This document shows, in pieces, positions 52,270-64,000 of a stretch of 64,000 nt of DNA. The notes below the pieces were generated by a model. It was not told the origin of the DNA and did not search any database. It saw only the letters and a program-made list of their open reading frames with translations. Position numbers and translations under genes: made by a program. Position 1 is the first letter of the stretch, and every line of letters starts with the position of its first letter. Source of the DNA: Lingula anatina (Eukaryota; Animalia; Brachiopoda); NCBI GenBank assembly GCA_051362555.1, contig CM120641.1, positions 6,696,001 through 6,760,000 on the forward strand. The letters run 5' to 3'.

Positions 52270-52406
52270 CGTATCTCGAAAGCATCGCGCATTGCGACCG
52301 TGCGCAAGCGTCTCGATTCCAAAACTCGCCCATACTCGCCCCATATAATACACTGTAGCCTCTATGTGGTATCGCTATTCGCAACACGCGATGCTTTCGA
52401 GATGCG
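52270..52406. repeat. Inverted repeat (28-bp arms), probable MITE remnant
   Basis: cgtatctcgaaagcatcgcgcattgcga and tcgcaacacgcgatgctttcgagatgcg. Confidence 0.6.
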
Positions 52407-52543
52407 TTGCCCAGTTCAGCACAGGCTCACTCGTACACTGGCGTGGACGAGGTAAAATGAAAAGGGATGCGTATTGTTTATCATTGATCATGTTTTCAAT
52501 TGGCCTTCTTGGAAAAAACGAAATAAATTTGAGTTTCTTGATA

Positions 52544-52705
52544 GAGGGCATTCAGAGCAGCGGACTAACAGATCCTTGGGTCAAATATGCGTAATCCCCG
52601 CGGGGAATCTATTCAGTGCCTTATCGGGAATTTAAGCGGCAACCTTTTTGGTGGCTCGCCATATTTGATCCACGGATATGTTAGTCCGCTGTTCTGAATG
52701 TCCTC
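52544..52705. mobile_element. Short fold-back MITE
   Basis: About 45-bp TIRs: gagggcattcagagcagcggactaacagatccttgggtcaaatatg and catatttgatccacggatatgttagtccgctgttctgaatgtcctc. Confidence 0.7.
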
Positions 52706-53833
52706 ATAAGAACAAATGAGAACGAAGAAGAAGAAAGATCGTCAAGTGAAGTGAAGTGAAGCATTGTGATCGTGGTAAACTTCTTAAATTACTTCATCAT
52801 TTGTTTATTGTTGAGTGTTTAAATATTTACTTCAATTTTTTTTTTTTTTTTTTTTTTGTATGCTACGAAGAGTCTATTTATTAATTTTGCATTTAAAATT
52901 ATGTGCGACCGCTCCGGTGATTTTATGACAAATTTCCATTTTTTTACTCAAGTGAACTCACTCGGTCTTTACATTTCTCTTTAGCAACTGTTCTCGTAAA
53001 AGTGTCGACTGGATTGGAATGACATGAAGAATATGCGGTAGGGGTTGTACCTAGTGTCGGCTTTAAGACAGTAGATATAAAACTAATTGCTTAAAAAAGG
53101 AAGAAGGAAAGTTTCGACAAACAAATCCTTGAGAGAAAAGCAGCGTGTGTGTATATAATGGCCACTCATAATCTGTTGTTTAGATAAAGAAACGACCTAC
53201 TTCTGTTCTTCACTATTTCTAGGCCTATAATTATATTTTAGCCTATTATATTCCTTTTTAAAACAATAATGATAAACAACAATATTGTTTTTAGTTTTTA
53301 AATTCGAATTTATTGCTTTTCTTGTGAAAATAGATATTCGATTGTTTTTTAAAGTCAGCAAAATAAAGTTCGTAGCATTGCTTCACATCTTTTGGCTTGA
53401 GTCCCGATGTGGACCACATTTCTCGTACACCTTGACCGGCTGAGTATTTCAACCTGAAAGAACAGCCAATTTAGTTTGGTTTGGAGAGAGAGAGAGAGAG
53501 GAGAAAAAATCTAACCCCTTAAGTCACGGATTGAATCATGACTTTTTAAGATAAGAAATCAAATTCTTTGTTATCACCGGGATATGAATATATTAAAGAG
53601 GACAACTTCACCTTATTCCCTGCCTTTTCCGCAGTAGACTTGAGACAACGTATTCTAAATTATCTACGCTTTTTATAACCTGCTTTGCATGTCTATGAAT
53701 AAAGTGATTTATTCGTTAGAGATTCCTCTTGGATAATAAAACTAATTTGTTCACTTAAACTTTCAAAAATGAAGAAAGAAATGGTACTTGCAATAAAAAT
53801 GATGTAACTTACAGTTTTCATGAAAAGTCAGGT

Positions 53834-54139
53834 TTAATAGTAACCGTAGTTCGTCTGGTATCCGCTAGAGCGTTGGTACCCGGCGTTGTAGCCACGATCA
53901 TAGTCGTTTTCATAATAATCGCCTTGGTTGTTTCCATAGTAACCATCGTTGTTGCTACCATAGTAACCATCGTGGCTATTATAGCTGCCTCCGTGGCGTC
54001 CATCGTTGTACCTGTAGTCGTTGCTATAGTAGCCCACATTATAGCCTCTGCGATTATTTCTCTTGAACCCGCCACGACCGTAGAATGGTGCGGCAAGGGC
54101 CACAGAAATCAACACGGCAATAATAATGAGCTTCATCAT
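53834..54139 (-). CDS. Small secreted Tyr/Gly/Asn/Arg-rich protein (101 aa)
   Basis: Signal peptide MMKLIIIAVLISVALA; the 85-aa mature part has about 20 Tyr, 17 Gly and 13 Asn by hand count. TATATAAA at 54233-54226, a likely 3'-UTR intron (~53812-53454) and AATAAA near 53310. Confidence 0.85.
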   Translation of the reverse strand: MMKLIIIAVLISVALAAPFYGRGGFKRNNRRGYNVGYYSNDYRYNDGRHGGSYNSHDGYYGSNNDGYYGNNQGDYYENDYDRGYNAGYQRSSGYQTNYGYY

Positions 54140-54225
54140 AGTGATAGCGGTGCCTGCTCAACTGATAAGTCTTCTGAAGTTAGACGTCACGGTTTAAAAC
54201 TGGTGTCCCTACCCAAACGTGTTCC

Positions 54226-54233
54226 TTTATATA
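54226..54233 (-). promoter_or_regulatory. TATA box (TATATAAA) of the Tyr-rich gene
   Basis: Consensus TATA about 87 nt upstream of the ATG. Confidence 0.6.
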
Positions 54234-56684
54234 CTTTAGTAAATTGCATGACAAATGCAGTTTGTATACGAATAAAAGCCTACATTTTATATTATGTAAA
54301 AAAATTAAGTTTTATCTAAACCTCAAATAGTTACCAGTACAGCTAATTATCCCACGGTTGGCATAACAACCTAAACCACATCGATACAGTAATGATAATG
54401 AAAAGCGAACGAAAACAAAAAACTAAACACAAGCACGCAAGAATTATTCAAATGATTACCTAATGATGAGGAAACACATAGCCCTCGATGGAATTGGTGA
54501 AATATTTCCGTATTTCTTTCCGCTTGAATATAATAAAGTGGCTACCGATGCTAGTGTTATTTCCTCGTGTGACCAATGCAATCTATTTAATGCGCGTCAT
54601 TAGACCCGCAATCTGTAGCGGCGATAGTAAAAACAAACTCGCCCCCGCTTAAAACAGGGTAGTCTCCAGAGTGGTCCAGCTCGAGGAAATTCAATCAAGA
54701 AAGCAGAATCTTTTACTGAACATCATGTGGTGATGATTTTACAACAATCGCTTATCTTTTTCGTTTTGCACTTTTTTCATTGACATTTCATCTGTAAAGG
54801 GAAAATAATTCAGGTTCGAGGACTGATGGAGCCCCCCTCCTTATCCAAATATATAACCAAATTACAATACACACCCATGGGTGAATAGAGTTCTGTGCTA
54901 CGCTTGGAATCACATTTGTAGTATAATACCAGCGACATAGAGGTTTGACGCTTAGTATAGATTCAGTGCATTTCTTTATTTTTATCTTTCAGGTTAGGAG
55001 TTTCATTAATAAAAAATACGTCTGAAAGGAGGATTTAGTTAACGTAAGAAAAAAGAACGAAATAATAATAATGACACGGATTAACTGGCGAATACAGAAT
55101 TTTGTAGAGGGAGGGGAGTTCAATGATAAAAAAAAAATTCATCTCACTTTGCTCAGAAAACAAAAAACACTAGACGAGGACAATTTTACTGTAATATGTG
55201 ATTTGCGCCGGATGGGAAACTCACAAGGTTGTCTGATTTCGTTCGTTATACTAGCCGTTTTTAGGAAGCTGAAGGGGTACCACCGATACTAAGGGAAGGA
55301 CACGTAGGTTGGGCGTCCCCTGAATCTGCCAGTGTGTTTTGTGTGCAGTAAAGCACGCGGCGTTTCTACGAATGTAGTGTGATAATAGTTCAACATCTTA
55401 TGGACAAATTCGCTCGATACTACCAAACGACGTTTATTTACAGTTAATGAAGCGTCATTACAATTTAAATTAATTTTTTCAGTGTTTTAAATGTCACATT
55501 TTCGACCTACATGTGTACATCGTAGCATTGTTTAATGTGGCTTCTTTCTTCTCTGCCGTCTGCTGACCCTGGTCTTAGCCCCTAGCTGAACATCACTCAC
55601 CAAAACTCTCACTTGATTTACATAATAAGTTCATCAACATTCCGTATAGAAGCCTCGGTCTAAATTTTAGCATTTGTAATATTATAAGACACAATGGATC
55701 CCCATCCAAAAAGGCAATTTAGGTTTGCTGAAATCGTAATGGTAGGCCTACAATAATCGCATTTTGTTTCAGCCAGGAAAAAATATATATATAACCAGCA
55801 AAACGAACCAACAAATGTATAAGCTCGGTAGAACATGATGGGAATCCCAGTAAAGACCTGAAGCAATCACTATTCTTATGAAGTAATAAGCGCGGAAAAG
55901 TCCCCTGTAAAATATTACTATTTACAAATACCAATCTTTGTTTTATTTTCTTTCCCAGTAGCTTTTTAATATAGACATAGTTTCCCAAAGTTTATCGCAG
56001 TTGGCTTTTTTGTTAAAAAGTGTGAATAAATAGACAATAGGTGCGTTTATATGTTCGACTTGGTGGAGGTTATTACAGGATTCTGGTCACATAAATGGCA
56101 GACAAAGAACACGATGTGCTATTGTGATAGATGGTTTAGATAGTTAAATAACAGTCTTATGAAATGATGCATTTGTCTAGAGTTCATTATGATAACGTAC
56201 ATTCGATAGAACAACACGTGGATGAAAAAAAAACGGGGTGGCAAATTTCTTCACGGACGGTAAAACTTTTCTAGGAAAACACAAAGTTGCAAATATAAAA
56301 AGATTTGTTAAAATAGAATTAAAAATTTAATATGACAAATGTGTAATAATTTTCCCTAAGATATCATGTTTGATTTTAAAGAAAGTGGCTCAAGTGAAAA
56401 ATAAAGTGGAACATTAGGTATTTTATTAAAGAAAATAGGTTTTTTTAAAACAATATCTTGGTCTTCCCTTAAAACCACTTGAACTCATACAAAAACTATG
56501 TATTCGTGTCTTCAATATTTTCAAGTTAGTTATTCCTAACTATAAACCCGTGTCCATATACTATAGATACATAAATCAGACAAATAGTAAATGACGGGGT
56601 GTCAAGAGATATATGCCCTGGATAGTTGCTATCATTTTGCATGTTCAATGTCCAACGTAACGTTCTCAATAATAACCGCAATAT

Positions 56685-59416
56685 TCATACTTTAGGCTCA
56701 TGCTTTAAAGATAAATCCTGAATTTTTATAACGTCACTGCTAGGTTTAAAACTTTCAGTCCAAAGGATCGATCTTTCGATTTCTTTTTCAAACCTGTTTA
56801 ATTTACACATAAGGATCAGTGACATAACAACTGCAATAACAGCGATCAGAAGGTATATCATGGACTGCCAAAACTGTTGCTCGACGTTCTTTGTTCTTTC
56901 AGCTCTCATGTTTTCTTGCAGTTGGATTCGAAGCTGCTGAAGTTGGATTTCCATAGATTCTTGCTGCTCTCCAAGAAAGTCGCCATAGATGTCGCCACTT
57001 TCAAAGTCCGTCATGTCCGCCGCTCGCTTCTTGCGACCGTTCTGTAAAAATCCACCGATGCCCAGGCAGAAAAAATCACCGGGGGTGTTGATACAAATGG
57101 CGGAACACATTTCAGGAATTGCACATTCATTTATATCTGTAAAGAGAGAAAAATACGCCCAATAAATACATTCAAAACAGAGGGAAATAAATGAAAATTT
57201 TAAAGGCTTTTAAATGCTATTATATGCTATATTATAAATGCTATTATATTAAATTTGAAATGCTATTTGTTAACTTACGGGAAACTCAACATAAATCCAC
57301 CTTGAAATGTCAAAATGGGTAGTTAAATAAAACTTGACTTTATAGTATGTATATAACCTCTTAATTACTCGTTGTTTCACTTACCAACGCATGTCTTGGA
57401 ATCATTTGAGAGACGATATCCATCCGAACAATTACAGAAGAAGCTACCAATGGTATTAGTACACTGGTCTTGACACGGACTCTCCATGATACACTCATCC
57501 TTGTCTAGAATACAAGAAAGATCAATGTAAGATGTTTGAACATATTGCAACAGGACAAAACTTAGGGCCTAATCAGAAAAATACTTGACGGTGGAGTATA
57601 GATCAGATGGACACCTCCTTTCAATACCAATAGAGAGAAAGGAAAACCAATGATGGTGACGTTATAACATAAAAAGGTTTTGTCGGACCGAATATGATTG
57701 TATAAGTTTCCATAATAGATTTGCTCATGGGCAGTCAAACAGGTACACAAATTGTCTATATTTAAAGTAACACTTATAAAACATGAGTAAACCGATTAAT
57801 TTACATTCTTTTGAACCCAGACCAATCTTCGAATAAAGATAATTTTGTCTTTGACTGATGACAATTATGATAACCAGACCACTTATTTCTGTGAAACGAT
57901 GGTCAGCGTACCTTGACACCTTGTTCCATTCACTGGGTATCTGCCATTGGGATCTTCACAGATACACAGCAACTGATTGTATTCGTTGAGCGCCACACAC
58001 GTGATTTCATATTCTGAAAAAAAAACAAAATTGGTAGGCCTATATTTGACTGTTAAATACAATTACGGGACTGGAACTTCAGGTTGATAAAGATAATAAA
58101 GAAAGCTGGCTTCTTTTTTGTGCAAGATAGAGGGATGAGATAATACGTTGCAATTGAAATTGAAATTCTCCAAGTATTCCATAAAATTGCAAATAACATG
58201 AAAATAAGATTAACACTTGAATATATTTATAAAAACACTTACCACAGGAAGTTGTGTCGTTTTCCCCGGCCACCAGTTGATAGCCCAGACTACACGCACA
58301 GTAATGGCCGGCGTACGTATTTACACACAGGTCTTCGCAGCCGCCATTGTTAATAGCACAGGGGTTCTCATTGCAGTAACAACTGTCTGTATTGTTGGTC
58401 CAAAACTCTATTTCCAAAGAAAATATATATAAAAAGAAATAAATCGCAAAATAGGAGGAGTTATTTTGAATGTTCGAAATACCTTAAATCCATGTAGCAC
58501 CTATCATCGAAATATCTGCAGAATAGAGCATTGAATTGTAGGCATAAAAAAGGTCGTTTACATAAAAAATTAGTCGAATTACATACCTGCTGTCAAGTTT
58601 TGAAGCAATCCACTGAAGTCGTGGTCATGTTCAAATGTTTCATTTCTGTATGATCCGTCATGGTGGTGATGATGGTCGTGGGGGCTGGGACGAGAATGTG
58701 GGTGTCCATGAGGGCTGGGACGAGAATGTGGGTGTCCATGAGGGCTGGGACGAGAATGTGGGTGTCCATGAGGGCTGGGACGAGAATGGTTTCCGTGGGG
58801 GCTAGGACGAGAACGGTGTCCGTGGGGACTAGGACGAGAACGTCGCGGTCCGTGGGGGCTAGGACGAGTCCGTGGGTAACTGGAAGGGCCGCGACGAGAG
58901 GGCATGCGGTGTTTCTTTGGCCCCTTTGCTTTAAAATAAAAGGACAACAGAAACATTATGTACATGCACAGGTATATTATAACAAGCAGTGTGTACTATG
59001 TAGAATTATTTTAAACGGCGTATATTTGATGAACGCTAGGATACTAGATTAACGTTAACGATGTGACTTTTAATTCTTTGAATAAAAGATTCCCTGTACT
59101 CCACTTTACTCTTCTTCAGGTACGCTGAATTCATAAGTACGTATATTTAACTTCATACGAGTTGTAAAGGATAAGATTCCCCTCAACGACTACAAATGAC
59201 ATTTATTAGGGCACCAGCCAACGATCTAAAATGCATGTTTAAAAATAGTGTTTTAAATAGATAGAAAGGAAGTACTCGAAATTGAACGATAGGTAAAAAT
59301 GACCGAATATGCAATCAAAATTCCTGTCAATCAATAAATGTACACTTACCTTCGATCGTGAGCAGCACTATAAAACAAATCGCCAATATGACCCATAGCG
59401 TAGTTTGCAACTTCAT
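56685..59416 (-). CDS. His/Pro-repeat EGF-TM paralog C (~415 aa): signal - (SRPSPHGHPH)n/poly-His - EGF cassette - RKKR - coiled coil - TM
   Basis: Exons 59416-59350, 58928-58587, 58407-58243, 58013-57912, 57504-57385 and 57136-56685 total 1248 nt, all phase 1. Signal MKLQTTLWVILAICFIVLLTIEA; TM MIYLLIAVIAVVMSLILMC. Confidence 0.88.
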
Positions 59417-59694
59417 CTGAAATATTTAAACGTTTGTTGTTATACAATTTTCTCGTTAAAACTGTAGAGGGAAAAGATGATTCAGAACACGATTTGTAAA
59501 TTAATCTGATTATCAATTTTTTAGTTATTTCGATAAAAATGAATAATAAATTTAAAAACCTTTGGTGATCTGGTGGTGTTGGCTGCTCGCTTTTTGCAGG
59601 GCGTCCGTCTCCTGTATTAAGAAGAAAACTTGAGGTTGGTATTTTCTGACGTCAGGTTGAGCAAGTGAGTGTTAAAATGGTAAATTATGCGTGA

Positions 59695-59701
59695 ATTTAT
59701 A
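59695..59701 (-). promoter_or_regulatory. TATA box (TATAAAT) of paralog C
   Basis: Upstream of putative non-coding exon donor AAAG|GT at 59560/59559. Confidence 0.45.
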
Positions 59702-62700
59702 ATTCAGGCCGTGGTGAACCGACCAATCAATGTGTAATTTAACCACAAAGAGAGACGCAAGACGGTAGGTCCTTGTTTACGTAACGAGCTGCAATTTCTT
59801 GGAGACAAAGGGAAGGCCTCGGTCTTTGGTGAAGCAGGCTCTATTAGTTTATCTGAAGTGGTTAAAAAGAGACAATCAGGACAATCAGGTGACAAGTAAT
59901 TGAGGGTAATTTTCATCTATACGATAAGATACGGCCTCAGACTTTTTATGATGTTAAAAAGTTTATTTCTGGCAGACAAGACCCCCGTCAAGCAGAGTGG
60001 TGGACAATTTTGATTGTTCCTTGAAAGCTCCGAAATTACTTGTTTAGAAAATTAGGTGCAAGTCGAGGTTACAAATTAACGCAAATTAGGACTTTGTTGA
60101 AAGTAACCCTCTAAAAACACAATCCTACATGTAGTACCATAATAATATGTTATGTAAAGCTGTGTGTGTGAATCGCTTACAGTGTGTGTGTCTGCTGTAT
60201 TGTATGAAAACTCTACCACTATCACTTATTTTATTAGCATGGTAGGCCATCGAAATTTAAGTAAATCTAAACAAAAATGTCACTTTTTTGACAGAATCAG
60301 CAGTTATCGTTGTTGGACTGTAGGATTATTTACAAAGCGATACACAGGCAAATAAAGAAAACCTTGTGGATAAAAATTAAACAATTTAACGTCATAACTA
60401 TACATACGGCGGTAAGTAAAGTTACAAAAGAATGACAAAAACCCTGGCAAGAAACGGCAAAATGTCAAAAATTAAATGTGTCAGTCTACGCGTATATTCA
60501 GACAATAGTAGTATATATATATAGGCCTATATTTTTAACGCGACAATTGAAGAATGCCCAAATCAGCCGTTCTCATGGGCCCAAAAATCGCAGTATTGTG
60601 CACATTTATCAACACCATATAAATAAATGTTATAAGTTATGACAAGAGCAAACGCATTTAAATATATGATAATACAGTACTGTAATTACACTATTAATTT
60701 GTGGTTCATTTCGGATCCAAAATGAAACCCATAGTCCTAAACTAAAATTATTTTTTAAACAGCGTACCGTTTTCTTAGGTTTATTAAGAATTAAATCAAT
60801 GTTTTAGAAAAGACTTTTCTATCATTATACTTAAAATCCAAATCTCTCAAAATCTCACACCTAATGTAGTCTGGGTCTCAGTTACAAGTGAAATGGAATC
60901 TTGACAGGCAGTGATGTAAACTACTTACAGCTAAAATCACCAAACGCTTGATTGACTTAACTGAGGGTGTATAATTTGTCACCTGCCTGACCCTCAAGTG
61001 GGATGCCATTTGCGATAAACATCCGTAGTGTCCTTGCTCACAATGAAAAACCAAGCGAAGATCAAAGAAAAGCAGATCGCCACTTTTCTTTTGTCACAAA
61101 ATATTTTTGAAGTTCACAGATATGTTTCGGTGTCAATCTGGCATCTTCGGTCTGTACTGACGTCACCAGCGATAACATTTCAAGACTCAATTCAGCAAAA
61201 ACACGTTTGATTCGGTCATAACGAGTTCATTTTTGTTCAGTTGTTTAGGAACTAGCGTATAATTTAAATACTTTAAGTTAACTGGCATCAATAGCTGAAA
61301 AATAACGTGAATGTCAAATGTGTCCCCTCGTTCTGCAAGTCGGACAAATGTAAAACAGATAAATTGTCACCGTGGTTGCTCCGTTAAGATCTCGTCTCAT
61401 CACAGCCAATAATCTCATTCACACAGCACTAGTTCAAACAACCAGGCACTAGTTAGTGCTTTGTATCCCGTAATCTTCAACCGTCTCCCCCATTTCAAAT
61501 CGTTATACGGCATCAGTCCTATTTTTTTTTTTTTTAATCCGCAACGAATCGGCGTATAATAACGATATCGTTTTGCGCAGCACTATTTCATATCAAATCC
61601 ATGCACAAAAGAGCACGACAAAACCTCGGACAATATCTAATACGCCACGAGGACCACACTAATGCTAAATTCTCAATACAACAGATATTGTTTCACACTT
61701 TTTACTGCAACTCGACGATCGATTCAGCAAAAAGCTTTGGTTATACTGTCTGTTTAACATTGCGGCAGGAAGAAGACGATCTTGTCTACAGAAAGGGAAC
61801 GTCTTCGTCAGGCTGCCTTTCTTTTTAGGGAAGGAAGCTGACCGCACTGGATTTACACCCAACTAATGCAAAAGGGTAATAGATTTTTAAAACACACTTC
61901 TCACTATTTCGAACATAGCGTCGTAAGCTTCTTTGATGAAAAAAAAATGGCAGTCAAAATGGCAACAAGTATCGAAAATAAAATTTTTCAGAAACATTGT
62001 GTTGGTTTGCGTTAAACTCGCTGCGATTGCAATTTTTACTAAACCAGCATCGCGCTTTTTGTCTTGTATAGCTGAAGATAGCGGTTACGTTCTTGGTTAT
62101 ATTAAATGAAAACAATACCAGATTTACGTACAGAAATCTTTACTTACAAGTAGTTTTCACAACTACATAATGCATATCAAGGAATACTCTCCTCGTAATG
62201 TTTTTAATGGTTTAGTTTTCTGACTGAAATCATATTTACTTTCATAGAATAATTTTTAATGAATATTTATGTGGACATTTAACTAATACACTAATTTTAA
62301 TTTTCCAAGGTGAATTGTTGCAGATGTTTACTAAATACATCGGAATAGTTTGAATGTAAAATTTTCGGTTATGACACCACATGGAAATATCTCATTCTTA
62401 GGCTGTAAAACCAGCAAAATTTTCATGCCTTTGTAAAATGCTGTACATATCCACTGGGTGTGACGCCCTACATACATGCATACGATCCATTATAGACACA
62501 AGTCCTTCTTTGGAATTCAAATAGTCTTCACTGACAATTCTACTTTACATCCTACAAAATCCATCTCTTCTACTTAGATCACACATTCGTCAATATAAAA
62601 CAAGTTGAAGAATATTACGCCAGCATGACCTTTTCACTAACTCTAAATACCATATATCTACGTACATTATGTAAGTAGTTATAAATACTCTATATTACAT

Positions 62701-62888
62701 CATACTATAAGAATAATGAATATTGCTAAGTCAGGATGACAGGACCAATCATGCTTGACGGTAACACTGTAAGAGAGTGCATTATTCCTTCCCTACACAG
62801 AAGAGGGGGAGAACCTGCATATTCAACTCTCTCTTTCTTACCACCTTGTACTGCAGAGAAAACATTAAACAGTTCTGAAGTCCAGAGA

Positions 62889-63990
62889 TCATGTTTTTGC
62901 CTTAATCTCATTGAGTTTCTGTACAAAGAAGGTTTCCAGGACTTCTGCACACTGGTAGAAGGGGCTGTCATGGGGATTGTAGTAGCGACAGTTGTCAAAG
63001 ATCTTGGTCACATCCCTCACAAACTCTCCAAGTATTCTGTAGGCTTTACTTTTCAGTTTCTTCTCAACAGTTGACAAGTCTGATAATGAGACAAAATGGT
63101 AAGGATATTGACATTAATTTTCTGTAAAATGGATGTTTTCAGATATATTTCTTTACAATGTTTACCATATTCACATTAAAATTTGAATAAGTGCTAAACC
63201 TTTAAAAAGCCAAAATAAACAAATAAAAAATGAAATAAACACATAGGTAAATATCAACCAATCAAGTCATACAACCACTCAATGTAAAAAAAAAAAAAAA
63301 AAAAAAAAAATCAGACTTTTTGCACTCAACTGACACACTTTCAAGATACTTTCAGCTTACCCATGGGTTCCTTGATGACGTCATAGTAGTCAGGAACTTC
63401 ATCTGGATCCACAGGTTCTAGGAAAGGCCATGCCATCTTGTGAGACTAAAAGTGAGGATAACATGTATTATGTGAGAATTCATCATTACTTCAAATGGAG
63501 TTAATGTAAGAACATTTTTAGTGAGTGAGTTCTCATAATAAGTTTAACCAAAATAAATATTATAGACTTCGATATACATCACATTATACACTAGAAAACA
63601 AACCAACATATACTACAAAGCATCTGCTGTCAATTAAAGGATGTCAGGCTCAATGCAGTGCAATATCATAAGTATATGAGAACTTTTCATCTTTTTTTTT
63701 TTGAAACCAGGAACCTGTTCTTATAAAGCTGTAGAAATTTATGATAACCAACAGACAAGACAACACACATTACAGGTACCAATACCATGTTTACCTGAAG
63801 ACTTCGGAGCAGTTTGATGAGACTGTCAAAGTCCTGGGGCTGCAGCAGGTGCTGGTGAGCAGCCAGATCAGTGGATTTCTGCTGGCAGTTGGGACAGATG
63901 TAGGTGCTCAGCATGTCTGCCTCACTCTTACTGATCCCCACACAACTACCATGGAACCAGTCCTGGCAACGGTCACAGCCGATGTACAAT
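62889..63990 (-). CDS. BPTF: BPTF/NURF301 3' end (last PHD finger and bromodomain), partial
   Basis: Exons 63990-63795 ([18 protein letters not shown]...YICPNC), 63445-63361 ([27 protein letters not shown]) and 63079-62889 (DLSTVE...[31 protein letters not shown]): the characteristic BPTF C-terminus. Confidence 0.95.
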
Positions 63991-64000
63991 CTAAGATGGG

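Noticed and set aside
53818-54319. Overlapping Thr/Met-rich and Val/Ile-rich ORFs
   Set aside because: Alternative-frame and antisense shadows of the Tyr-rich gene, which alone has a signal peptide and TATA box.

Overview
Eukaryotic, AT-rich invertebrate genomic DNA with GT-AG spliceosomal introns. The gene families suggest a lophotrochozoan, but the taxon cannot be fixed from sequence alone. All gene models were spliced by hand and checked for phase consistency. Left to right: an internally deleted ISL2EU (PIF/Harbinger-related) DNA transposon; a truncated non-LTR retrotransposon; a 4-exon NPC2/ML-domain gene (-); an intronless class A GPCR (+); a 9-exon divergent cyclin B-type gene (-); a ~37 kb co-oriented (-) cluster of extracellular-material genes; and the 3' end of BPTF/NURF301 (-). 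The cluster is the main finding and has three parts. (1) A 14-exon, ~2428-aa type I membrane protein: signal peptide, three IgGFc-binding (FCGBP N-terminal-like) domains, a Thr-rich stalk, a ~650-aa Gly-X-Thr-rich collagen encoded by one exon, EGF modules, coiled coil and TM. (2) Three tandem paralogs in which the same EGF/coiled-coil/TM cassette, plus an RKKR furin site, carries His-Pro repeats (SRPSPHGHPH) and a poly-His tract; their EGF exons are nearly identical while their introns are not. (3) A small secreted Tyr/Gly/Asn/Arg-rich protein. Together these look like a modular membrane-tethered and sheddable biomaterial system (cuticle, tube, adhesive or mucus). That function is inference.
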